Of a stretch of 64,000 nucleotides of DNA, positions 9,359 through 17,944 are shown piece after piece. The first letter of the stretch is position 1, and each line of letters opens with the position of its first letter. The stretch lies in assembly GCA_036393195.1 (NCBI GenBank), contig DASVWN010000024.1, forward strand, positions 6,880 to 70,879. Direction: 5' to 3'. This DNA is from Gemmatimonadaceae bacterium. Its GTDB lineage: Bacteria > Gemmatimonadota > Gemmatimonadetes > Gemmatimonadales > Gemmatimonadaceae. Both the position numbers and the translations under genes were made by a program. A model generated the notes under the pieces. The model did no database searches and was not told the DNA's origin. It saw only the letters and a list, made by a program, of their open reading frames with translations.

Positions 9359-9390
9359 CGCCGGCCTGAGCGGTCTTCTTCAGGCCGGCG
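9359..9390 (+). other. intergenic GC-rich hairpin (11-bp stem, 10-nt loop) between the DUF411 and SBP56-like genes
   Basis: CGCCGGCCTGA gcggtcttct TCAGGCCGGCG. Perfect complementarity, no following T-tract. Confidence 0.35.
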
Positions 9391-9439
9391 GCTGGGCGTC
9401 ACTTTGACAACGGCGAGCACGCGAAGCACTCTTGCCGCC

Positions 9440-10690
9440 ATGAAAATCATGCGAGTGCTCGCCATCCTGGCGCTGGTGGCGCCGCAGATCGCGGCGGCCC
9501 AGTCGTCGTATCTGTTCGTCTGGGCCGGAGCCCCAGGCGCGAGCGATTTCATGGCGACGATCGACGCCAACCCTCAGTCGGCTACATATGGTCGCGTGCT
9601 GGCGAGCGTGCCGACGGGCACCATCGGGATGCCGCATCACACGGAACACGAGCTTCCTCCGAGCGGGCATCTCCTCGCGAATGACTTTGATGCCGGACAC
9701 ACGTGGCTGTTCGATCTGCACGATCCGCTCAAGCCACGGATACTCACGTCGTTCGGGGACGTGGCCGGATTCAGTCATCCGCATACGTTCATTCGACTGG
9801 GAAGCAATCGCGTGCTGGCGACCTTTCAGTATCGCGCCGACGCGAGCACCGCGGCGCAGATGCGAATGCCCGGTGGAGCAATGTCCGGCATGGCCAGCTC
9901 AAGTCCGCACGTCACCGGTGGACTCGTGGAGATGGATGAGCGCGGTCACCCATTCAAGTCGGCAAGTGCCGCCGATACGACGATCGGGGATCGGCTGATC
10001 TACCCATACAGCGTGCTCGCAATGCCCGACATCAATCGCGCCGTGTCGACGACCAGCGACATGGATCCGGGCGACTCCACGGCCACGTCACAATGGGTGC
10101 AGGTCTGGCGTCTGTCCGATCTCAGATTGTTGCGCAGCGTGGCGCTCCCGCCTGGCGCGACTGGCCCGCGCGGCAACGCCAACCTGTACACTGGAGAACC
10201 GCGCCTCCTTGCGGATGGCCGCAGCGTCTACATCCACACGTTCAATTGCGGACTGTTCCTCCTGCAGAATATCGGGTCGGCCACGCCACGAGCGGAATTC
10301 GTACATCGCTTCGACGGCGTTGACTGCGGTGTGCCCGTGGTGACGTCGCACTACTGGATTCAAACCGTCCCGGCAGACCACGGGCTGGTGGCGCTCGACG
10401 TCAGTGACCCGGAGCACCCGCGCGAAGTGTCACGCGTCAGCGTGGGCCCCGACGAGCAACCCCACTGGATTGCCATTGATCGCACCGGCCGGAGGCTCGT
10501 GTTGAACTCGGCGGGCAAGGGAAATCGCCTGTTCATTATCGACTTCGATCCTGCGAACGGGCGACTGTCCGTAGACCAGCGCTTCCACGATCCGGGAAGC
10601 AGCGAGGCGGGCATCAGCCTTGCCGGCGTGAACTGGCCGAGTCACGTTGCCGGAAACGTCGTGCCACACGGGGCAGTGTTTTCCAGATAG
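9440..10690 (+). CDS. selenium-binding-protein (SBP56)-like beta-propeller protein, secreted
   Basis: ATG at 9440 (MKIMRVLAILALVAPQIAAAQ signal). Remote but collinear resemblance to SBP56/methanethiol-oxidase: YLFVWAGAPGASDFMATIDANPQSATYGRVLASVPTGTIGMPHHTEHE compared with DYLATVDVDPKSPQY..LHHSGWN. Later HPHTF and GGLVEMDERG blocks. Confidence 0.6.
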   Translation: MKIMRVLAILALVAPQIAAAQSSYLFVWAGAPGASDFMATIDANPQSATYGRVLASVPTGTIGMPHHTEHELPPSGHLLANDFDAGHTWLFDLHDPLKPRILTSFGDVAGFSHPHTFIRLGSNRVLATFQYRADASTAAQMRMPGGAMSGMASSSPHVTGGLVEMDERGHPFKSASAADTTIGDRLIYPYSVLAMPDINRAVSTTSDMDPGDSTATSQWVQVWRLSDLRLLRSVALPPGATGPRGNANLYTGEPRLLADGRSVYIHTFNCGLFLLQNIGSATPRAEFVHRFDGVDCGVPVVTSHYWIQTVPADHGLVALDVSDPEHPREVSRVSVGPDEQPHWIAIDRTGRRLVLNSAGKGNRLFIIDFDPANGRLSVDQRFHDPGSSEAGISLAGVNWPSHVAGNVVPHGAVFSR

Positions 10691-10695
10691 CGCAC

Positions 10696-12606
10696 TCAGT
10701 GCGCCGCAACCACTCGAATCACTTGACGAACAAGCAGCATCTCATTGGCCCGCCGCACCTCGAGCGCCAGCTCGGTCGGCTTCGGGAACATGACCTGCAT
10801 GTCGTACGTCTCCCCGATGCTCACGCGCTGGCGCGCGGGGCTGCTTGCGCGCTGCCACGCGGGCAGGGTGAATCCGTCCTTGGCCACACGCGTCCACCGG
10901 ATCGGTGCGCCGTCCCGCACCAGGTGAAATTCCACTCCGGGCGAATCCAGCGTGATGTTCATGAATCGCAGCCGGTACGTCCTGCCAGCCTGGAATGTAG
11001 CCTCAGGCGGCAGGTCTCCTCCGTTCAGAATGGGCTCGTCCTGCGGGTTCGTGCTCAGCATGTAAATGCGATTGGCGTCAGGATCCCACCGCTGACCGCT
11101 GTCGAGGACCACCAGCGCACCGTACAATCCGTGACTCTGCTGGCGGATGTCGTTGATGTGCGTGTGGTACATGAAGCTGCCTGCCCGGGGCGGCGTCAGG
11201 TGTACGTCGAAGGAGTCGTTCGGCATGATCATCGGTTCCATCATTCCCGCGTTGCTGCTGACGCCGGCCACGCCGTCGTAGTAGCTGTCGATCTCCAGCC
11301 CGTGCCAATGCACTTGCGATGGCTCGGGTAAATGGTTCACGATCGTAATGGTCGTTGGTTCGTTGCGATGCAGCACGATCGTGGGCCCTGGCCACTGCGG
11401 CGCGGCGTTCCGCGGCTCCGGCGCGTTGCCTTCCGTCAGAACATACCCGAAGCGGCGCACGGTGTCCGTAGCGGCGGAGTCGCTTTCTATGTAGAGGTGC
11501 AGCTGCCGACGCGGGCCCGCGTACTGATGCCAGTCAGCCCTGGGGCGAATGTGGATTGCCAGCACCAGGCCGCCCATGCCTTCGTGCGCGTGGTCGTTCA
11601 TGTCGTGGATCACAGGGCCGGCGAGCAGGTCATGGTCGCGCATCGCGTCGGATTGCATCGCCGGTCCGACACCGGGATTCGGCACCACGTGCCAGTTCAG
11701 ATGACAGTGAAAAATCCAGGAGCCCGGCCGGTCGGCGAACCAGGCCAGATCCATGGTGGTGCCGTCGAGGAGAAGTTCGGTGACGGCCATTCTGCGCTGC
11801 GCCGGCCAGTACAATGTGTCCTGCTGGTCATCTCCCCGAGCGCGGATCTGATAGAAGAAGCCATGCAGATGCAGCGGGTGCACGTCCGCGGTCGCGTTGA
11901 TGATCCGCCAGTGGATGCTGTCGCCCTGCTCGTACGACAGGCGTTCGGTATTCGGCCACGGGCGGCCGTTGAACGTGAAGAATCCGTTGTCGCGGTCTGG
12001 CGCACCGGTCGAGTCGTGCCCGGGAATGTACCATTGAATGACGAACACACGATCCGGCGCTCGCTGGCGCGCGTCTGTGGGATCCACGATCAGCGCCCCG
12101 TTGAGCTGGGCGTCCGCGTACAGCCGGTCCTCGAAGCCCGTGCCCGACGTCGAGCCCCAGTAGTAGTACGTTCCCTCGGCGTCGGCGGTGAATTCCACAT
12201 CGCGCGTGCCGCCCGGGGGCACGACCAGCGTGTCCATGACTACACGACGGCGCGATGCCAGCCCGTGCACCACAAGCGTGGTGGCGGCGCGATTCGTCAC
12301 CCATGCATGGATTCGCTCGCCGGCTGTCACACGCAGCATCGGGCCTGGCGTCTCGAGCGGATGCCCCGCTTCGCGGAACGCGAAGATGCGTACGCCGGTG
12401 CTGTCGCTGGAATACGGATGCCACTCACCGGTATCCACCTCGAGGTGGACGTCGAGCACGCCAGCATGAACTGCGCCGGCCGCAACACGGTTGTCGTTGA
12501 ATGCGACGGATGCAGGCGACGCTCCCGGCCTCCCTGCGCCGGACGCATTCTGTGATGCCACAGGCCCAAGAAGCAGGATCGGAACGACGATAATAGCGAG
12601 GCGCAC
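10696..12606 (-). CDS. multicopper oxidase (CopA/CueO-like)
   Basis: 636 aa, GTG start. Copper-ligand motifs HWHGLEIDSYYDGVAG, HPLHLHGFFYQ, WIFHCHLNWHV and FMYHTHINDIRQQSHGLYGALVV. Met/His-rich loop MQSDAMRDHDLLAGPVIHDMNDHAHEGMGG. Confidence 0.9.
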   Translation of the reverse strand: MRLAIIVVPILLLGPVASQNASGAGRPGASPASVAFNDNRVAAGAVHAGVLDVHLEVDTGEWHPYSSDSTGVRIFAFREAGHPLETPGPMLRVTAGERIHAWVTNRAATTLVVHGLASRRRVVMDTLVVPPGGTRDVEFTADAEGTYYYWGSTSGTGFEDRLYADAQLNGALIVDPTDARQRAPDRVFVIQWYIPGHDSTGAPDRDNGFFTFNGRPWPNTERLSYEQGDSIHWRIINATADVHPLHLHGFFYQIRARGDDQQDTLYWPAQRRMAVTELLLDGTTMDLAWFADRPGSWIFHCHLNWHVVPNPGVGPAMQSDAMRDHDLLAGPVIHDMNDHAHEGMGGLVLAIHIRPRADWHQYAGPRRQLHLYIESDSAATDTVRRFGYVLTEGNAPEPRNAAPQWPGPTIVLHRNEPTTITIVNHLPEPSQVHWHGLEIDSYYDGVAGVSSNAGMMEPMIMPNDSFDVHLTPPRAGSFMYHTHINDIRQQSHGLYGALVVLDSGQRWDPDANRIYMLSTNPQDEPILNGGDLPPEATFQAGRTYRLRFMNITLDSPGVEFHLVRDGAPIRWTRVAKDGFTLPAWQRASSPARQRVSIGETYDMQVMFPKPTELALEVRRANEMLLVRQVIRVVAAH

Positions 12607-12782
12607 TCGTGATCTCGGCAGTGAGGACTACGACGAACAAGAGGACAGACAGGAAGTTCGCTGGCGGAACTACGCGCTCGGCGGCGCTAAAGCTGTGACA
12701 AGCGGCCCATTCACGCTAGTACCTGCTGCGAGCAGGCTCTAGCAAGTGGGGAGCAGCGATGGTTGCGACGCAGGCGCTTCGC

Positions 12783-13050
12783 TCACGCGATTGCGCAGCC
12801 CAACGCGACGGCGTTGTCTCGCACGTGCGCGTCGCGCGTGACAAGGACGATCAAAGGCAGCGGCTCACCGGGAAGCTCGGCGGTCGCAAGTATCGATAGC
12901 GTCGAGCGTCCGCACGGGCCCCGCGGGAAACGGCCGTCCTGCCCGCGCCAGCAGCTCGCTGGTGACCGCCACGATGTCGCGGAGCAGGACCGGCCGGGTT
13001 CGGCGGCGCGACTCCAGCAGTGCCGGGTCAGCCACCACGATCTTCGGCAA
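12783..13050 (-). pseudogene. PIN-domain (VapC-like) toxin remnant, N-terminally truncated and frameshifted
   Basis: The ORF ...VAVTSELLARAGRPFPAGPVRTLDAID stops. Shifting the reading frame by 1 nt from there continues as ILATAELPGEPLPLIVLVTRDAHVRDNAVALGCAIA*. Joined, this resembles the VapC C-terminal half (DAIHLATA ... VTRD). Only about 90 codions recognisable as codons of the family. Confidence 0.4.
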
Positions 13051-13604
13051 TCAATCCCGAGACCGTTCAGTACGCATCTGCTGACACGGCGCTTTCCGCG
13101 GGCGAGGCTACCCGCAGGCTCCCGCCCGCACCGCCGTCGCAGGCACCAATTGGACAGCCGTGTGTCGCTCCCCCAGGTTTAGCGCGACCTCCTGGCCGCC
13201 CCTCCCACGCATCCGCTGTCGGCAGCATGCACCAGGCATTGCAGGCTCGTCCGTACGCATCCATTGTCGTGGCTGACATCCGTATGACGGCGAATGAGGA
13301 GTGGCAACCCAACCACGATGCTCGCATGCGGTTGGGGAAGGGCGCGCCGTTCACTCGATGACCGGTTGCTGCGACTGGTGTCATACGGTCCGGGTCCTGC
13401 TCAAATCTGAATTCGCGGAGTAGCTTCCCGTATCCCTCTCCTGGGGCGCAGAGTGGCCAGGAAGCGGTGTGTGCTCCTTCTGGTGAAGACCTTCCTCCGT
13501 CGCGCGCTCGCGTACTTCTCGCGAATTGAACCGGAGCTCCATCGCTTTCCTGCGATTGATGCGCCCGCATTCCGCCGCGCCGTCGAGGAGATGTTCTGGA
13601 CGCC

Positions 13605-13901
13605 ATGAACGCCGCACCCGTCGGCTCTGAGCGGCCATTCATGGTGGTCGGCATCCAGAACACGCAACGCCGTCGCGATCTGACCGGACCGACAGGGAAT
13701 CGCAAGCGAACGCTCTACCTGGCAAGCCGCGGAGAACCGGAGCTTGCGCGACTCGCGGGGCAGCTCGCCGATTCACTTTCGAAGAATGCACCGCCGGCCG
13801 TGGCATGGGATCATGCGCCGATGCCGAACGAGACACACGCGACGATCTCTCACCCTGCCGGACTCGCCGCCTTTCGTCGAGTTTTCAGCCCGAAGCCATG
13901 A
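13605..13901 (+). pseudogene. fragment of an esterase-family alpha/beta hydrolase (internal deletion)
   Basis: 98-aa ORF. It begins with RPFMVVGIQNTQRRRDLTGP (typical xVVGIxNxxRxRDLTP block) and jumps directly to a C-terminal-like segment (PNETHATISHPAGLAAFRRVF). No GxSxG nucleophile region. A stop lies just upstream in frame. Confidence 0.3.
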
Positions 13902-14419
13902 TTCCAACGCTCGACACGCCACGACTCATCCTCCGCGAATTTCGAGAAGCGGATTTCGCGGATTACGCGCGACTGTGCGCCGATGCCGACGTCATGCGGT
14001 ATCTCGGCGCGGGTCAGCCCTGGACGGTGGGGGAGGCGTGGCGCCACTTCGCGTTCATGATCGGTCATTGGCATTTGCGGGGGTACGGACCCTGGGCCGT
14101 CGAAGACAAGGAGTCGGGCCACTTCATCGGACGCATTGGCTTCCTGAACCCTGCGGGCTGGCCTGATTTCGAACTGGGATGGACGCTGGCGAAGGAGCAC
14201 TGGGGCCGCGGACTGGCAACGGAAGGCGCTCGCGAGGCATTGCGGTATGCATTCACCGAGATGGATCGCGATCACGTCATCAGTCTGATTCATCCCGACA
14301 ATCGTGCGTCCATCCGGGTGGCGGAGCACCTGGGAGCTCGACAGGCCGGGACGGCTTTCGTTCTGGGTCGAGAGGTCCGGGTGTATCGAACGGAGCGCAC
14401 GCCCGCCACTGTCGGCTGA
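13898..14419 (+). CDS. GNAT family N-acetyltransferase (RimJ/RimL-like)
   Basis: ATG at 13898 (MIPTLDTPRLILREFREADFADYARL...). Motif A region WGRGLATEGAREALRYAF. Confidence 0.8.
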   Translation: MIPTLDTPRLILREFREADFADYARLCADADVMRYLGAGQPWTVGEAWRHFAFMIGHWHLRGYGPWAVEDKESGHFIGRIGFLNPAGWPDFELGWTLAKEHWGRGLATEGAREALRYAFTEMDRDHVISLIHPDNRASIRVAEHLGARQAGTAFVLGREVRVYRTERTPATVG

Positions 14420-14538
14420 CGCATGCCATCGACGACCGCAAGGGCGGCGTCCGCGTCGGTTCCGCACTAACATGACCGTACGGCAAGTGGCACCCGGGCC
14501 TTTGCACAGCCAGCCTGGCCCTCGCACGGAGACAGCAA

Positions 14539-15063
14539 ATGGACTTCGACCTCGCACACGGTATCGCAGTCCTTCAGCGGACGCCTGACGCGCTGCGCGC
14601 CATGCTGACAGGACTCGATACGGAATGGACCGCCGCCACCGAAGGGCCCGGCACCTGGAGTCCGTTCGACATTGTCGGGCACCTGATCCACGGCGAGCGC
14701 ACGGATTGGATTCCGCGCGCGCAGATCATCCTTGCGCAGGGTGAGAATCGTCGCTTCACGCCGTTCGACCGCTTCGCGCAGTTCCGCGAGAGCCAGGGCA
14801 AATCGCTCGCGACGCTCCTCGATGAGTTCGCGCAATTGCGGGGGGCGAACCTCGCGACGCTCACGGGTTGGCATCTCACCGACGTCGAGCTCGCGCTCCC
14901 GGGCGAGCATCCCGAGCTCGGAGCCGTGTCGCTCCGGCAACTGCTGGCGGCGTGGGTCGCGCACGACCTCGGCCACGTGTCGCAGATGGCCCGCGTGATG
15001 GCGAAGCAGTATCGCGAGGCCATCGGCCCGTGGCGGGCGTACCTGACGATCATGGATCGCTGA
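14539..15063 (+). CDS. DinB-family protein
   Basis: 174 aa. DinB-like four-helix pattern with conserved His (IVGHLIHGERTDW, WVAHDLGHVSQM). Confidence 0.8.
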   Translation: MDFDLAHGIAVLQRTPDALRAMLTGLDTEWTAATEGPGTWSPFDIVGHLIHGERTDWIPRAQIILAQGENRRFTPFDRFAQFRESQGKSLATLLDEFAQLRGANLATLTGWHLTDVELALPGEHPELGAVSLRQLLAAWVAHDLGHVSQMARVMAKQYREAIGPWRAYLTIMDR

Positions 15064-15086
15064 GCGGATGGCGCAGCGCTCGTGAA

Positions 15087-16616
15087 CTACGAGCGTCGCA
15101 GCACTGCGCGCACGCCGGTGTGGCGCGGCAGGTACTCGTCCGCCCTCGGTCGCGCCCCGGCGTCGAGCAATGCGCGCACACAACCCTCGTAGTCGCCCTC
15201 GGGGTCAGCAATGTAGTCAGCGCCAAAGCATGCCCATCCGAGAGGAGTCGAGTTGTGGTGCGTATCGCGGATGTCAACGCTCGCGTCTGCATCGAGCAGC
15301 GCGCGCACGAGCGGCACCCGTGCGCGAATCGAGCTGTAGTGCAGCGCGGTGGCGCCCGCCCCATCAGTGGTATCCACCGGGAAACCGGCTGCGAGACAAG
15401 CGAGTACCGTTGCGCCACGATCGCTGCTTGCAGCCTCGGGGAGCAGCACGCGGTCCAACGGGTCGAGGGCGCTCATCAGCTCGGGCGACGCGAGACGATG
15501 CGCGGTCTCCGCGTCGCCACGACCGCAGGCAGCGAGCAGCGCATCGAGTGGGGACAGAGGCTGCGACACGGCGCCCGCCGTCACGAGGAGCGACGCGATC
15601 TCATCGAAGCCGCGGCGTTGCGCGAGGAACCAGGCCGTGCGGCCATCGCCACGCCGGGCATGAACGTCGGCGCCGTGGTCCAGCAGCCATTGAATCACCG
15701 TCACACTCTGGCCGAGACGCGCCGCGACGTGGAGCGCGTTCTCTCGTTCCGTTGCGCAGAGCACGTTCGGGTCAGCGCCGTGATCCAGAAGCCAGCGGAG
15801 ACCCTGGCGCACGCGTGTCTCCCGCTCGACGTTCCACCAGCGGAGCAGAAAGTAGAGCGGCGTGTTGCCCCAGTCGCCGGCCTCGTTGAGCTGCGCGCCC
15901 GCGGCGAGCAGCAGTTCGAGCGCCTCCTTGTGAAAATGCTCGGCGGCGTGAAAGACCGACTCGCCATCGGTCGGGTTCGCGCCAGCGTCGAGGAGGAGGC
16001 GCGCGATCGGCAGCACGCTGTGCATGCCAGTCACCGCGTACAGTGGCGGCAGACTGTAACGCCCACCGCGCGCATTGGGGTCGGCGCCGGCCTCAAGCAG
16101 CAGCCGCGCCGTGGCGAGCAGTCCGTCGTCGCGTTCGGCGCTCTCACCGTGAAAGGGGGAGAAGCAGAGGAAGAGCAGGGGATCCGCGCTGAAGGTGCCG
16201 GCCCGCGTCGTGACGCGCGCTGGATCTTCGGAAATGAGACGCCGAGCCGCGTCCGCGAGTCCGAGTACCGCCGCCACGTGGAGAGACTCGATCGCGATGC
16301 GCGGCTGCATCTCGAGCGCGCGCCTCGCGCCATCTGCGTTCTGCTCCTGTACGGCGGCAAGAAATTCGTCTACCGCATCGTCAACGCTGCGCGCCGCCTG
16401 AACGTGCGCGCGCATCCTCGCCCAGGTGGGGAATCCGTATTCGCGGGCAACGACACGCTGCGCGTCGGTAAGCTTGATGATTCCAGCGTCGCCAATTACT
16501 TGGCGGAGGCGTCGCGCGGCGTCGGTGTCGCCCTCACGGAACGCCTTGTACAGCGCCTTGGCCTCGTGCCTGAGATGATCGAGGTCCGGGCGCGGGGGCA
16601 GGTTGCGGGACGTCAT
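15087..16616 (-). CDS. ankyrin-repeat protein
   Basis: 509 aa. AGGAGG 5 nt before the ATG. Repeated LLEAGADPNARGG, LLDAGANPTDG, LLDHGADPNV, LLDHGADVHARRGDGRTAW, LLDADASVDIRD motifs. Confidence 0.85.
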   Translation of the reverse strand: MTSRNLPPRPDLDHLRHEAKALYKAFREGDTDAARRLRQVIGDAGIIKLTDAQRVVAREYGFPTWARMRAHVQAARSVDDAVDEFLAAVQEQNADGARRALEMQPRIAIESLHVAAVLGLADAARRLISEDPARVTTRAGTFSADPLLFLCFSPFHGESAERDDGLLATARLLLEAGADPNARGGRYSLPPLYAVTGMHSVLPIARLLLDAGANPTDGESVFHAAEHFHKEALELLLAAGAQLNEAGDWGNTPLYFLLRWWNVERETRVRQGLRWLLDHGADPNVLCATERENALHVAARLGQSVTVIQWLLDHGADVHARRGDGRTAWFLAQRRGFDEIASLLVTAGAVSQPLSPLDALLAACGRGDAETAHRLASPELMSALDPLDRVLLPEAASSDRGATVLACLAAGFPVDTTDGAGATALHYSSIRARVPLVRALLDADASVDIRDTHHNSTPLGWACFGADYIADPEGDYEGCVRALLDAGARPRADEYLPRHTGVRAVLRRS

Positions 16617-16950
16617 CGTAACCTCCTTTCGTCATGCTGCACCCGTCATCCGCGTGTCCGGGCTGAAAGAAGGTCGTCAACGTGCTGCCGACCTGCACAG
16701 GTGGACTGGGTCCTTTCCGCGGACGGGCGCGCCCTGCTGCGCGAACCGAAAATGCGGAAGGAGAAGCCGCGACGCAACTCACGCGGGCAGTGTGTGGCGG
16801 TGGTCGTGGTGGCGGTCGCCGTCATGCCGTGCAGGAGCGAGCCCATGCGTTGCAGAAGTTCACTTGCGCGACAATTCTGGCAGCTTCAAGTTCTGTCGCG
16901 CAAATCAGGCCGAGCAGAAGGAGAAATTTGTACTGCGGTACTGCCAGGTG

Positions 16951-17796
16951 ATGCTGGATTCCCCCCTGCGAAATCCCACCATGAAAATGTCCCCAGCGTC
17001 ATTCGCTGCGGCACGCACCACCATCGCGAAGAGCGATGCTGATCTTGCGTCGGAGCTCGGCGTCGCTGTCAGTGAAGTGAAATCGTGGGCCGCCGGGCAG
17101 CCTGTCCCGGAGCCCTACGCTCAGCACCTTCGCTGGCTGGCCGCGTCAACGGAGCGCCGAGCCGCGCTTGCGGCGAGCGGTCTTCCGGAGTGTGAGTGGG
17201 TGACGAAGAAGGAGGCAACGCTACGCCGCGACGACAGCGATGCAGTTGCCGCCTTCGCCAAATCACTCAGCGAGCATGCGAAGCACTGCCCGGCGTGCCA
17301 GGCCCGGAACACATACGTGAAGGAACGATTCGGGCGGATGCCAGCGATCGCTCCCGTACCCCTGTGGGCACGCCCATTCTTCCGCATCGCGGCAATGCCA
17401 TCGTGGGCTCAGCCGGCTGCTTACGGTGCGCTCATGCTTGGCGGCATCACGTCGATTCGCGCTCTGGCCGCCCTTCCCTTCGTGTTCTCGAAACCCGTCA
17501 TGATGGGAGGGGCACTGGTAGCCGTGATTGCCGCTGCCGGAGCCGGGGCGCTCGGCGGGCTCGCGTACTCGGTCACACGTCCGGCGCTCAAGCATCTCGG
17601 TCGCGCCGGCGACTACGTGTCCGGTGTGGTAGCGGCTGTTGGCTACATGGGCGCATTCGCGCTCGCAGCACCGGTCATCGCACCGGGCGATCCAATGATC
17701 CAGGACCGGTCGGACCTCGTGATTTTCGCGATCGTGGCCGTCTTCTTCGGACTTCTACTGGGCCACAACGTGCTACGCAGTGTACCGGCCGACTGA
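16951..17796 (+). CDS. membrane protein with N-terminal HTH-like segment and Cys-pair (HCPACQ) motif
   Basis: Start at the ATG at 16951 (or 16981, MKMSPASF...). SDADLASELGVAVSEVKSWAAG resembles an XRE-type helix-turn-helix. HAKHCPACQ follows, then 4-5 hydrophobic helices. Confidence 0.55.
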   Translation: MLDSPLRNPTMKMSPASFAAARTTIAKSDADLASELGVAVSEVKSWAAGQPVPEPYAQHLRWLAASTERRAALAASGLPECEWVTKKEATLRRDDSDAVAAFAKSLSEHAKHCPACQARNTYVKERFGRMPAIAPVPLWARPFFRIAAMPSWAQPAAYGALMLGGITSIRALAALPFVFSKPVMMGGALVAVIAAAGAGALGGLAYSVTRPALKHLGRAGDYVSGVVAAVGYMGAFALAAPVIAPGDPMIQDRSDLVIFAIVAVFFGLLLGHNVLRSVPAD

Positions 17797-17944
17797 CGTC
17801 CGCGACGGCGCACGTTGGCGAATAACGCCGGAGTTCCCCGCGGCGACGAGCGTGAAGCCGGGACTCTTGCGCAGCGAGCGTACGGCGTAGCGGAAATCCC
17901 GACGCAGCGTGTCCATGGACTGACTCCTGTTCCGGTTGCGCGAC

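Noticed and set aside
13408-13605. Protein-like reading frame ...VKTFLRRALAYFSRIEPELHRFPAIDAPAFRRAVEEMFWTP* without a start codon in the decayed region.
   Set aside because: No initiation codon, no recognisable family, and it lies in a region full of fragments. It could be another gene remnant, but I cannot support it.
14868-17042. 724-aa plus-strand ORF overlapping the DinB 3' end and the entire ankyrin gene.
   Set aside because: It is antisense to a gene with clear ankyrin repeats and a strong RBS, and its composition is Arg/Ala-dominated. Treated as a GC artefact. The same reasoning applies to 3159-4820, 17675-18877, 19777-21885, 21777-23450, 23469-24791, 27036-28378, 28679-31018, 31355-33232, 39621-41283, 43491-44669, 46968-49181, 49421-50473, 52256-53767, 54594-55538, 57476-58862, 59622-60416 and 61287-62300.
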